A DNA stretch of 24,000 nucleotides from an uncultured Haemophilus sp. (GCA_963545995.1 CAUUKJ010000019.1:16097-40096); one strand, 5' to 3'; counted from the first letter of the stretch, positions 1 through 8,995 are shown. Numbers and translations: made by a program. The notes: a model not told the origin generated them from the sequence alone.

Positions 1-445
1 TGCCGTTTGCCATTAAATGAGCGATTGCATCGTGCAAGGCAACGCAAGCTCCTGTAATTGACGCGGTACGTGTGCCGCCATCCGCTTGGATCACATCGCA
101 ATCAACCGTAATTGTACGTTCGCCTAACGCTTTTAAATCTACCACCGCACGTAAAGAACGAGCGATTAAACGTTGGATTTCCATCGTTCTGCCCGTTTGT
201 TTACCTTTTGCGGCTTCACGCTGAGTACGAGAGTGCGTTGCACGCGGCAACATACCGTATTCAGCGGTTACCCAACCTTGTTGTTGTCCTTTTAAAAAAC
301 GTGGCACGGTTTCCTCAATGGTCGCATTGCAAAGTACTTTGGTTTCGCCAAATTCAATTAACACAGAGCCTTCAGCATATTTCGTATAGTGACGAGTAAT
401 TTTTACAGGGCGGATTTGGTTTAATTCACGATTATTCGGACGCAT
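1..445 (-). CDS. rph: Ribonuclease PH (N-terminal ~148 codons; the 3' end lies beyond the left window edge)
   Basis: My own minus-strand translation from the ATG at 445-443 reads [133 protein letters not shown]..., which I recognise as RNase PH. It is missing from the ORF track only because it is open at the edge. The + ORF 112..399 is its antisense shadow. Confidence 0.9.
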   Translation of the reverse strand, partial: MRPNNRELNQIRPVKITRHYTKYAEGSVLIEFGETKVLCNATIEETVPRFLKGQQQGWVTAEYGMLPRATHSRTQREAAKGKQTGRTMEIQRLIARSLRAVVDLKALGERTITVDCDVIQADGGTRTASITGACVALHDAIAHLMANG

Positions 446-528
446 AGTTTTTCTTTCCTTTTTGCTAAAATTCTTGGCTATTTTACAGTACAATAAGGCA
501 ATTTTCATTATAAAACAGGACAATCAAG

Positions 529-1392
529 ATGATTTATAGTATGACTGCCTTCGCTCATTTAGAAATCAAAAAAGAGTGGGGCAATGCAGTGTGGGAAATT
601 CGCTCGGTCAATCAACGCTTTTTAGAAACGTATTTCCGTCTGCCTGAAACCTTTCGCCATTTAGAAATGGGCTTGCGTGAGCGTCTGCGTAATGCACTCA
701 CACGTGGTAAAGTGGAATGTAGTTTACGCCTTGAATTAGCTCAAGCAAATAATAATGCTCTTGCCTTAAATAAAGCTTATGCTGAGCAAGTGATTAGCTC
801 TCTTAAAACCTTGCAAACCCTTGCGGGCGAAGGCGAAATTAACCTTGTTGATGTGTTACGCTACCCTGGAGTGGTGGATGCACAAAGCCAAGATTTAGAC
901 CAAATCGCACAAGATTTATTGGCTGGTTTCGAGCAAATTCTTACTGATTTCATCGCAATGCGTGGACGTGAAGGGGCGAATTTGCAAGCCATTATTCAGC
1001 AACGTTTAGACAGTATCGCAGAGATTGCTCAAAGCGTGCAAAAGCAAATGCCAGAAGTGTTACAATGGCAAAAAGATCGTTTGCAACAACGCTTTGAGGA
1101 ACTTAATCTTCAGCTTGATCCGCAACGTCTTGAGCAAGAAATGGTGCTGACTGCACAACGTGTCGATGTGGCAGAAGAATTAGACCGCTTGCAATTGCAC
1201 GTAAAAGAGACCAGTTCAATCCTCAAAAAAGGCGGTGCCGTGGGGCGTAAATTAGACTTTATGATGCAAGAATTAAACCGCGAATCGAACACGCTCGCAT
1301 CAAAATCGATTAATGCTGACATCACCAATTCTGCGGTGGAATTGAAGGTGTTAATTGAGCAAATGCGTGAGCAAATTCAGAATTTAGAGTAA
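529..1392 (+). CDS. yicC: YicC-family stress-induced protein
   Basis: The 287-aa ORF starts MIYSMTAFAHLEIKKEWGNAVWEIRSVNQRFLETYFRLPE, close to my memory of E. coli YicC (MIRSMTAYARREIKGEWG...). It has the conserved C-terminal LNRESNTLASKS motif. It is divergent from rph, as in E. coli. Confidence 0.9.
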   Translation: MIYSMTAFAHLEIKKEWGNAVWEIRSVNQRFLETYFRLPETFRHLEMGLRERLRNALTRGKVECSLRLELAQANNNALALNKAYAEQVISSLKTLQTLAGEGEINLVDVLRYPGVVDAQSQDLDQIAQDLLAGFEQILTDFIAMRGREGANLQAIIQQRLDSIAEIAQSVQKQMPEVLQWQKDRLQQRFEELNLQLDPQRLEQEMVLTAQRVDVAEELDRLQLHVKETSSILKKGGAVGRKLDFMMQELNRESNTLASKSINADITNSAVELKVLIEQMREQIQNLE

Positions 1393-1433
1393 CCAACCAA
1401 TCGGGAAAACCAAGTAGGGATATAGGTGAAAAA

Positions 1434-2318
1434 ATGAAATGTGAATGTAATCAAGTGAGCAAAATCCACCCCGTTCTTTGCGTGCCATTAACGCAATATC
1501 GCCTGATTGAAATTGCAGGAGTGGATGCAGAAAAATATCTTCAAGGGCAATTAACCTGTGACGTGGCGAAATTGGATGTCGGCACGCACACATTAACCAG
1601 CCATTGTGATCCAAAAGGCAAAATGAGCGGCTTATTCCGCCTTTATCGTGCAACGCCAGAGCAATTTTTTGCTGTTGTACACCAGAGTTTATTGCCTGAA
1701 GCCTTAACGCAGCTTAAAAAATATGCGGTGTTTTCAAAAGTAACTTTCACCGAATTAGACACGCCAATTTTTGGCGTAACAAGCGGTGATATTTTGGCAA
1801 AACTTCACGAAAATACGACCGCTTTAATCATTCCACACGGGCAAAAACGTGCAATGGTTTGGGGCGAAACATTAGAAACCAATGGTTCGCCTGAGCTTTG
1901 GGATTTAATCGATATTCAAGATGGCTTACCGATTTTACTCAAAGCAAACCAATTTGAATTGATTCCACAAGCGGCAAACGTGCAAGCGGTCGAACATGCG
2001 ATTTCGTTTACCAAAGGTTGCTACATCGGGCAAGAAACCGTTGCTCGTGCAAAATATCGCGGAGCGAATAAACGAGCGATGTTCACGCTTGTAGGGAATA
2101 TTGAGGGCGAAATCGAATTGCCAGAACCTGCTAGCAGCGTTGAAATGCAACTCGGTAAAAATTGGCGAGCAACAGGCACAATCTTGGCATCCGTTGCTTA
2201 TCAAGGCAAATTATGGTTGCAAGTCGTGATGAATAAAGACGTTGAACCAGAAACCAAGTTCCGCTTTAATGGTATTGAATTACAAATGTGTGATTTACCG
2301 TATTCGTTGGATGAATAA
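1434..2318 (+). CDS. ygfZ: tRNA-modifying folate-binding protein YgfZ
   Basis: This is a 294-aa ORF with an AGGTGA Shine-Dalgarno upstream of the ATG. It contains KGCYIGQETVARAKYRGANKR, the signature YgfZ/GcvT-fold motif (E. coli [21 protein letters not shown]). It ends in a triple stop, TAATGATAG. Confidence 0.88.
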   Translation: MKCECNQVSKIHPVLCVPLTQYRLIEIAGVDAEKYLQGQLTCDVAKLDVGTHTLTSHCDPKGKMSGLFRLYRATPEQFFAVVHQSLLPEALTQLKKYAVFSKVTFTELDTPIFGVTSGDILAKLHENTTALIIPHGQKRAMVWGETLETNGSPELWDLIDIQDGLPILLKANQFELIPQAANVQAVEHAISFTKGCYIGQETVARAKYRGANKRAMFTLVGNIEGEIELPEPASSVEMQLGKNWRATGTILASVAYQGKLWLQVVMNKDVEPETKFRFNGIELQMCDLPYSLDE

Positions 2319-2489
2319 TGATAGAAATAAGGAGTTGATATGATTCAACTTCTTATTTTATTATTAATATTTAGTGTAAAAAATAATCATGTAGTGTTAG
2401 AGAAGATAGGAATGACAAATCCTGTCGTTTAAAAGTTTAAAAATGATGATATATTATTCTTGTCGATGTTTATGTATAAGAGCAAAATA

Positions 2490-3398
2490 ATGCAAACAAA
2501 CAAACAAACAAACAAACGTCATACTCTCGCTAAACGCTTAGGCACAATTCTTTATCGCCTAAATTGTGGCGAACGTTTAGATCTTCTGCAACTCTCCGAA
2601 GAATTTAACCTCTCTCTTCGCACCCTACAACGTGATATTAATGAACGTCTTGCTTTTCTAACTTGGGAAGAACGTGGCGACCGTTTCTATAAAATCAATC
2701 AACAACAATCTGGCTTTTTAACAGAGGAAGATATTCATCGCTTCGCTTTTTTTGCCAGCATTTCTAATTTATTTCCCAAAATTGATCGTGAGTTTTATCA
2801 GAAGAAACTTTCAGAAAGTGTTCAGGTAAAAGGTTTTCATTATGAAGATATCAGCCATAAACAAGCTGAATTTTCAGCATTGAATAATGCTATAAAACAG
2901 CATCAATTCATTAGTTTTAAATATATAAAAAAGAGCACACAAGAAACAAAATTCTATCAAATAGCTCCTTATAAATTACTCAATAAAAATGGCATTTGGT
3001 ATCTTATTGGTACAGAAAATAATAAGCAAAAAACGTTCTGTTTTACCCAAATAAGTGATCTACTGGTATTAAATGAGTCTTTTACTCCAAATAAACAATT
3101 TTTAAATGAGATAGAAGAGAGTGATAGCTTATATCACGGTAATCAGATTTCAGAAGTAATTATTAAGGTCGATTCTAAAGTGAGTCATTATTTTTTGCGT
3201 AGGAATTTATTACCTAATCAAGAAGTAATGCATAAATCAGACGATAATACTTTATTACTCCTCTGTAAGAATGTAAATGAACAAGAAATCATTCCATTAG
3301 TACAATATTGGATACCTTATGTAACAATCATTAGTCCTGTAGAGCTGCAAGCTAAAATGATTGAAAAAATTCAGAACTATATTTTTAACTTAAAGTAA
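2490..3398 (+). CDS. HTH-WYL-WCX transcriptional regulator (BrxR/CapW-like), first gene of the dynamin-like cassette
   Basis: The N-terminal wHTH is LAKRLGTILYRLNCGERLDLLQLSEEFNLSLRTLQRDINERL. The central WYL domain carries the literal motif (FYQIAPYKLLNKNGIWYLIGTENNKQKTFCFTQISDL). The C-terminal extension ends VTIISPVELQAKMIEKI, typical of the WCX dimerisation domain. I prefer the ATG at 2490 (AAGAG 9 nt upstream). The ORF track opens at a TTG at 2460, and ATGs at 2466 and 2472 are in frame. Confidence 0.8.
   Translation: MQTNKQTNKRHTLAKRLGTILYRLNCGERLDLLQLSEEFNLSLRTLQRDINERLAFLTWEERGDRFYKINQQQSGFLTEEDIHRFAFFASISNLFPKIDREFYQKKLSESVQVKGFHYEDISHKQAEFSALNNAIKQHQFISFKYIKKSTQETKFYQIAPYKLLNKNGIWYLIGTENNKQKTFCFTQISDLLVLNESFTPNKQFLNEIEESDSLYHGNQISEVIIKVDSKVSHYFLRRNLLPNQEVMHKSDDNTLLLLCKNVNEQEIIPLVQYWIPYVTIISPVELQAKMIEKIQNYIFNLK
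2493..2516 (+). repeat. Perfect tetranucleotide simple-sequence repeat (CAAA)x6 at codons 2-9 of the WYL regulator
   Basis: Direct reading gives ATG CAAACAAACAAACAAACAAACAAA CGT, which translates as QTNKQTNK. Confidence 0.95.
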
Positions 3399-3417
3399 TT
3401 GTTTACGGAGAAAACTT

Positions 3418-5190
3418 ATGAACGCAAGAAAAGAGTTAGTCGATGATCTACAAAAAACGAAAGAGATTATTCTTCCTCTTAATTTAAATACTAAAACAAA
3501 AGAGGAGCAGATAAGTCTCTTAGATAAAGATATCAATAATATACAACATTTAGAGTTGATTATTCCTATTATCGGTGGTTTTAGTGTTGGGAAAAGTACG
3601 TTTATCAATCATTATTTAGGTCAAGAAAAATTGCTACCAACAGGCACACTTCCAGTAACAAAACTTGCTACTGAGTTACGTTACACATCTGGAGAAGAAT
3701 ATGCTGAGCTAATTAAAGTAGATGAGCAAGATATCGATAAAATTACAGAAATAAAAAGAATTAAACTCTCAGAATTGTCTTCTTTTGTTGCTGAAAGTGG
3801 GAACAAGGAAGAGGATTTAGACTATAACTATATTAAGTTATATATCAATAATACAAAGTTAAAAGAATTAGAACCTTTTATTATTGCGGATATGCCAGGG
3901 CTTAACTCTGGGAATAAATTACATAATCTTGCAATTGAATTTTACCTTAGAAGAGGTGTGCATTTTATTTTCTTAGAAAATGCTGAATCTGGAGAGATTA
4001 ATAATGATTCATTAAAAGAATTAGAAAATATCTTAAACAGTAATAAAGATTTCTCTTTTTGTTTAACAAGATGTGACAGAACGGATAATGAAACTTTACA
4101 AGAAGTTATAGATAAAATGGTTGATACCTTAGATGTTCAGTTAGGTGAAGATTATAAAATATATAGATCTAATTTAGAAGAAGAACCGGTCTTAGGTAGT
4201 ATCATTCGTGATATTGATCAAGATAAGATCATCAACGATATTTTCTTAGATGAGATAGATTCAAAAATCTGTAAAATCATTGAAATTCTAAAAGATAATG
4301 TTCAAGTGTTAAAAAATGATTCTGATAATATTAAATTAAGCCAAGAATATTTATTAAAACAAAAAGAACGCCTTAAAACACAGCAAAATAGAGAACTCGC
4401 TGAATTAGAGAATAAAAAATTTGATGGTGTTAATCAAATTCTAGAACAGGTTAAGGCAGAGTTACGTTTGAATAAATCACGTTTAATTAGTCGAATGGAA
4501 GGCGATCCGAAACAATTTTCTGAAGAAATAGGTTCTCTTGTTCAATCAAAATTAAGTAGCAGCATAAAAAGTTATCTGGAAAATGTAAGTTCTGAACTAA
4601 CAGAACGTTTTTCAAATATTTTGCATGACATTGCAGATAAAAACACCGATAGAATTGGTCTTGCAAATGAGACTTTAGAGCGTTTAAAAAATGATATTAA
4701 TCGCAATCTCAATAAAACATTGTTAGATATTAGAAATATAGATAGCGATATTAATGATACGGGAAGTGATAACAATATGTTAGGTTCCATTCTAAAAATG
4801 GTCATTTCATTTTTAACTGACAACCCTATTATTAAAAGTGTTGTTTCATTATTGCCTGATTTTATTAGTAATATTTTTTCAAGTTCTAGCCATAGTTCAT
4901 CAGATAGACATATTCAAGAGATGAAACGCCAAGATATGTTAGATAAAATATTTAATGAAAATATTGTACCAAAAGTTATCGGTGACATTAATGCTAAATT
5001 ACCTGAAATTCTTAATGATTTTAAATTAAAATTGATGAGCCAAATTAAAGAAATTTTTGAGAAAGAGTTGCAGCAAAAAGCAGAAGAGATAGATCGTGCT
5101 GTAAAAGAAAAAGGAAATGTAAAAAATAAAGAAAATGAGATTAGTTTATTAAGTCAAGCTATTGATTCATTGCAAGCACTAATTAAATAA
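3418..5190 (+). CDS. Dynamin-like GTPase paralogue 1 (BDLP/LeoA-like, 590 aa)
   Basis: A GGAG Shine-Dalgarno lies 7 nt upstream. The G1 P-loop is GGFSVGKST (aa 53-61), the G2-like motif is LPTGTLPVTKLAT, G3 is DMPG and G4-like is TRCD. A long K/E/N-rich helical stalk follows, with a hydrophobic paddle-like segment MLGSILKMVISFLTDNPIIKSVVSLLPDFISNIF (aa 454-487). Confidence 0.75.
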   Translation: MNARKELVDDLQKTKEIILPLNLNTKTKEEQISLLDKDINNIQHLELIIPIIGGFSVGKSTFINHYLGQEKLLPTGTLPVTKLATELRYTSGEEYAELIKVDEQDIDKITEIKRIKLSELSSFVAESGNKEEDLDYNYIKLYINNTKLKELEPFIIADMPGLNSGNKLHNLAIEFYLRRGVHFIFLENAESGEINNDSLKELENILNSNKDFSFCLTRCDRTDNETLQEVIDKMVDTLDVQLGEDYKIYRSNLEEEPVLGSIIRDIDQDKIINDIFLDEIDSKICKIIEILKDNVQVLKNDSDNIKLSQEYLLKQKERLKTQQNRELAELENKKFDGVNQILEQVKAELRLNKSRLISRMEGDPKQFSEEIGSLVQSKLSSSIKSYLENVSSELTERFSNILHDIADKNTDRIGLANETLERLKNDINRNLNKTLLDIRNIDSDINDTGSDNNMLGSILKMVISFLTDNPIIKSVVSLLPDFISNIFSSSSHSSSDRHIQEMKRQDMLDKIFNENIVPKVIGDINAKLPEILNDFKLKLMSQIKEIFEKELQQKAEEIDRAVKEKGNVKNKENEISLLSQAIDSLQALIK

Positions 5191-5216
5191 ATTTAATACA
5201 ACATTAAGGAACCAAT

Positions 5217-7460
5217 ATGAATATTTTAGATTTTACTAAAAAAGTAGAAAATCTTACTGATTTTGCAGAGAAGTGTAAGGTTGAACAACGCTTGCTACCA
5301 CGCAGTTATACCCCTAGTGCAGAACTCGCTAAAGAAGTAGCTAAACACGAGAAGGAAATGGCACAACAACGCATTCTAAAAATCGGTATTATTGGGCGGG
5401 TTAAAGCTGGTAAAAGCTCGTTATTAAATATGATCTTTTTTGATGGAAGAGGTGTTCTCCCTAAAGCGGTCACGCCAATGACAGCTACATTAACTTGCTT
5501 ACGTTATGGCGAAAAATATCGTGCAGAAATTGATTGTTTTAGCACAGAAGATATTGCCTTAATGAGAGAGAAAGCAAATGAAGTTAAAGAATTATTAGCA
5601 AAGAGAATAGAAGAAATAAAGAATGAATTCTTAGAAAAGAATAAAACCTCACGTAGAAAAATAGATGAATCAGAGATTCCTGAAAGAGCAGAAAGAAAAG
5701 CTAAAAGTGAATTTAAAGAGACTTCTGATTTTAGCATTTATGAGCAGGTTGAAGCATTCAAAAAAGCTGAAAAACCAAATGCGTTAATTATTAATGCTAG
5801 CTCACAAGATGATTTAATGAATAAATTAGCTGATTATGTAGGTGCAGATGGTAAATATACAGCATATACCAAATCCGTTACATTATATTTACCCGAAGAA
5901 GGATTAAAAGGTATTGAAGTTGTTGATACCCCAGGGGTAAACGATCCTGTTCAATCTCGTGAAGCAGTAACAAATAAATTTTTAGAAAACTGTCATGTTG
6001 TGTTAGCTATTCTTCCAACTCAAAATTTTGCTCAAGATGAAGAGTATAAATTTATTGATAAAACAATGAAAGCAGGTCATGTCGCTGATTGTTATCTCAT
6101 TGGAAGTCGATTTGATGGGAATTTACTTGATGCGGTTACTTCAGAGAAAATGGAAGCATTTGCATTAGTAAAAAAACAAAAAGAGGGGTTAATTGATCGA
6201 GCTAATAAAGTATTTTCAAAAATACAAAATACTAATTTTAATAGAATGGTCTTTTCATCAAGTATTGCATTTATTCTATTAAAGAATATCAATGATATAG
6301 AGGCTTGTAATAGCTATGATAAGAAACAGTGGGAAAATCTTTCATCGGCGTTTCCAGAAACATTTTCTAAAAAATCTGAAGTAGAACGATTCTTAAATGA
6401 AATCACAGGGAAGGATGAAATTCATCAGATCATTAAAGAAATAGCAGATGATAAAGATCAAAAGTTAGCGGTTTATGATCATAATTTTGAAAATCAATAT
6501 AAAAATAAGTTGAAAGACTATCTTTCAAATGTTGATAAGTATGCTGAGCAAGAAATTAATAAGCTGGAAACAGGAGATGTAAATCAGCTTCAAGCAGAAA
6601 AAGCCACGATTGAAAAAATGTCTCAGGAAATAAAATCTATTTCTAATAAGGTGTTTAAAGACTCTGTTACAAATTTTTCTTCTTCACTAAAAGAAAAATT
6701 AGTACGTAAAAATAAAGATATTTTCCGTAGTTTTAATGCTGAACAAGGCAGAAAAACCAAGACTGAAACATATACTTATATAGAAAGGGTTAAAAGAAAA
6801 CAGTCAGGGATAAGTGGAAAAATTAAAAGAGGTTTCGGATGGTTAACGAATAACTCAAGCTATGGTTATGATGATGATGAAGTTAAAAGAGAAGGTACTC
6901 GTACGATTAAAGTTTTAATTACTACAGGTGTTTGTGTGGATATTAAGGATATTCATAAAGAGATAGAAGAAAATCTTTCAATACTTGCACAGGAAAATCG
7001 TGCTGCTTGGCAAGATGATATTTGCGAGAAAATTCGTAGTGAATTAAATCGAATGAATACGAGCAAAGATGCTAAAGAAAAATTACCTCAAAAAGAGGTT
7101 ATCGATAATATGATTAAAAATATTATCTCTATGTTACCAATGATTAACTTTAAGTTACCTCCTATTCCTGAATTATTTACAAAACATGTAAGCTTAAGGG
7201 AAGAAGAAGGTAATGAATTTGTTCGTAAAGCGAAAGAATATGTTCAAACTTTAGAGCAATCCGTACATAAAAAAATAGAGAGTTATGTTCAAGAATATAG
7301 CCAGATTTTAGCTAAACAAGATGTGGGTGAAGAACTCATACAAGCATTAAAACAAGCTTTATCTAATACATTAGAGCAGTTGGCAGATAAAGAAAATAGT
7401 ATTAAAAACTTTAGAGAGATGTCTTCTAAAGCAAAAGGGTTACTAGTTGAAATCAACTAA
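5217..7460 (+). CDS. Dynamin-like GTPase paralogue 2 (747 aa)
   Basis: An AAGGA Shine-Dalgarno precedes the start. G1 is GRVKAGKSS, G2-like is LPKAVTPMTATLT, and G3 is DTPGVND after a highly charged insertion. G4-like is GSRFD. About 450 aa of predicted helical, coiled-coil-like stalk follow. Confidence 0.75.
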   Translation: MNILDFTKKVENLTDFAEKCKVEQRLLPRSYTPSAELAKEVAKHEKEMAQQRILKIGIIGRVKAGKSSLLNMIFFDGRGVLPKAVTPMTATLTCLRYGEKYRAEIDCFSTEDIALMREKANEVKELLAKRIEEIKNEFLEKNKTSRRKIDESEIPERAERKAKSEFKETSDFSIYEQVEAFKKAEKPNALIINASSQDDLMNKLADYVGADGKYTAYTKSVTLYLPEEGLKGIEVVDTPGVNDPVQSREAVTNKFLENCHVVLAILPTQNFAQDEEYKFIDKTMKAGHVADCYLIGSRFDGNLLDAVTSEKMEAFALVKKQKEGLIDRANKVFSKIQNTNFNRMVFSSSIAFILLKNINDIEACNSYDKKQWENLSSAFPETFSKKSEVERFLNEITGKDEIHQIIKEIADDKDQKLAVYDHNFENQYKNKLKDYLSNVDKYAEQEINKLETGDVNQLQAEKATIEKMSQEIKSISNKVFKDSVTNFSSSLKEKLVRKNKDIFRSFNAEQGRKTKTETYTYIERVKRKQSGISGKIKRGFGWLTNNSSYGYDDDEVKREGTRTIKVLITTGVCVDIKDIHKEIEENLSILAQENRAAWQDDICEKIRSELNRMNTSKDAKEKLPQKEVIDNMIKNIISMLPMINFKLPPIPELFTKHVSLREEEGNEFVRKAKEYVQTLEQSVHKKIESYVQEYSQILAKQDVGEELIQALKQALSNTLEQLADKENSIKNFREMSSKAKGLLVEIN

Positions 7461-7474
7461 GTATTAATATAAAC

Positions 7475-7510
7475 GTGTGCATTTTTGATATGCACACTTA
7501 TTTCTATTTT
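7475..7510 (+). terminator. Perfect 8-bp stem-loop plus T-rich tail between dynamin-like genes 2 and 3 (possible partial terminator or attenuator, or an mRNA-stabilising hairpin)
   Basis: GTGTGCAT (7475-7482), a 7-nt loop, then ATGCACAC (7490-7497), followed by TTATTTCTATTTT. Confidence 0.35.
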
Positions 7511-7523
7511 AAGAGGTATTTAC

Positions 7524-8909
7524 ATGAGTAAAAGTGAAAATCTAGATGCTATTTATGGTGGTATTGTTTTATTGGTTCCTGTAGCAGCTTATTTTTATGG
7601 ATATAGTTTCTGGGAGAGTGTTGGTATTTTCTTTTCTTTGTTTATTGTTATATTTATGATATCAAGTTTTTTCTCATATCTTTCTGGCAAGGCATCAGAG
7701 AAAAAGATGTCAGAATATATTGATAAATTGGGTATTAGAGAAAAGCTTGTTCTATCTTTAGTCAAAAAAAATCCAAATCATTCTAAATTAATTGATAAAT
7801 ATCACGATTTAGTAAATAAAGATTTTATGAATTTTTATTACAAAGTAGGTATGAAAGAACCATTGGTAATAGAGCAACTGAATCAAATTGAAACTGAGAT
7901 CAAAAAAATTGACTCTTTCCCTCAATTCTTAGGAAAAAGAATAGTTGCTGTAGGAGGTGGTTTTAGTGCAGGTAAGTCTCAATTTTTAATCAATTTATTA
8001 AAAGATGAAAAATTATCACTACCAACAAGCACAGAGCCAACAACAGCGATTCCAACTTATGTAATGCATGATGAAAAATCGGCATTGTATGGTATCGGTG
8101 AAAAAGGCAATATGATTAATTTAACCGATTTTGATCCTGAAATTGGTAAAAAACTGAATCATGACTTTATTCAAGCATTTGGGTTTAATTTAAAACATAT
8201 TATGCCTTATATGGTTATGACTAACCAACTTGCTTATGAAAATATCTGCTTTATTGATACACCAGGATATAATCCATCTTCTAGTGATGACTCTTATACA
8301 AAAGAGGATAGAAAAGAGGCGAAGAAATTTATTCAAAGTGCAGATTCACTCATTTGGCTTATTCCGATTAATACAGGTACTGTTTCTAAAAAAGATTTAG
8401 ATTTTTTAGAAGAGGTTCTATTAGAGGATCAAAAACTTTATATCGTTCTGAATAAAGCTGATCAGTTAGATTCAAATAGTTTAAACAAAGTGCTCGATGA
8501 AGTGGAAACAAGATTAGATGATAATCAGATTGATTATGAGGGGATTTCAGTTTACAGCTCAAAAGATAAAAAAGAATATTTCTTTAAAGAGAAATCTCTA
8601 AATAGTTTCCTGCTAGAGAATAATTTTAATTCATTTGAAACTAATAAGATGATTGATAATACTCAAAGATTAATTTCAGATAGACTTAATGAAATTAAAT
8701 CTAAACAAGAAGAATTTAAACATAAATTAGTTGAAATTCGTAACGTGCTTGCAGCTGATTTTAAATCGAATCATGAAGATATTGTTGATGAGTTAATTGA
8801 ACAATGCGATGATGCAGGTCATGAGGCAGAGTTAAAAGAAATTATGGATAAACTTAGAAAAACAATTAAGGATTTGTATTTATCGTACAAAGATTCAAAT
8901 AAGGAATAA
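7524..8909 (+). CDS. Membrane-anchored dynamin-like GTPase paralogue 3 (~461 aa)
   Basis: AAGAGG lies 7 nt upstream of the ATG at 7524; the track's TTG at 7485 sits inside the upstream hairpin. There are two N-terminal hydrophobic helices (IYGGIVLLVPVAAYFYGYSFW and VGIFFSLFIVIFMISSFFSYL). G1 is GGGFSAGKSQ, G2-like is LPTSTEPTTAIPT, G3 is DTPGYN and G4 is a canonical NKAD. Confidence 0.75.
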   Translation: MSKSENLDAIYGGIVLLVPVAAYFYGYSFWESVGIFFSLFIVIFMISSFFSYLSGKASEKKMSEYIDKLGIREKLVLSLVKKNPNHSKLIDKYHDLVNKDFMNFYYKVGMKEPLVIEQLNQIETEIKKIDSFPQFLGKRIVAVGGGFSAGKSQFLINLLKDEKLSLPTSTEPTTAIPTYVMHDEKSALYGIGEKGNMINLTDFDPEIGKKLNHDFIQAFGFNLKHIMPYMVMTNQLAYENICFIDTPGYNPSSSDDSYTKEDRKEAKKFIQSADSLIWLIPINTGTVSKKDLDFLEEVLLEDQKLYIVLNKADQLDSNSLNKVLDEVETRLDDNQIDYEGISVYSSKDKKEYFFKEKSLNSFLLENNFNSFETNKMIDNTQRLISDRLNEIKSKQEEFKHKLVEIRNVLAADFKSNHEDIVDELIEQCDDAGHEAELKEIMDKLRKTIKDLYLSYKDSNKE

Positions 8910-8956
8910 TTTGTTGCGTAAACAGCCTATTTTAGGTAAATAAAAATTTTAAGAGT

Positions 8957-8995
8957 AAAAATTGCCACTAGATAATTTCAGTGGCAATTTTTTTA
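8957..8995. terminator. Bidirectional intrinsic terminator shared by the convergent dynamin-like gene 3 and ndh
   Basis: AAAAATTGCCACT (8957-8969) pairs with AGTGGCAATTTTT (8980-8992). It is flanked by an A-run and a T-run. Confidence 0.75.

Noticed and set aside
112-2204. Track ORFs 112..399 (+), 1110..1328 (-), 1384..1653 (-) and 1935..2204 (-)
   Set aside because: They are antisense to, or overlap, rph, yicC and ygfZ, which have clear homology. There are no independent coding signals.
2340-2432. 30-codon ORF (MIQLLILLLIFSVKNNHVVLEKIGMTNPVV) with a strong AAGGAG Shine-Dalgarno 5 nt upstream, at the left edge of the AT-rich block
   Set aside because: The hydrophobic run is only about 11 residues, too short for a TM helix. 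There is no recognisable family, and AT-rich DNA readily yields such ORFs. It might be a leader peptide or a remnant, but I cannot support it as a gene. Ribo-seq or conservation analysis would be needed.
3390-6292. Minus-strand track ORFs inside the dynamin-like genes (3390..3608, 4572..4823, 5504..5737, 6092..6292)
   Set aside because: They are antisense shadows of long, well-supported + strand genes in AT-rich DNA. They have low-complexity S/F/L/I-rich translations and no Shine-Dalgarno.
3418-8909. Equating the three GTPases one-to-one with ETEC LeoA/LeoB/LeoC
   Set aside because: As I recall, LeoB and LeoC together make up one split dynamin-like protein. Here each of the three ORFs has its own complete G1-G4 set, so a direct LeoABC assignment is not justified without alignments.
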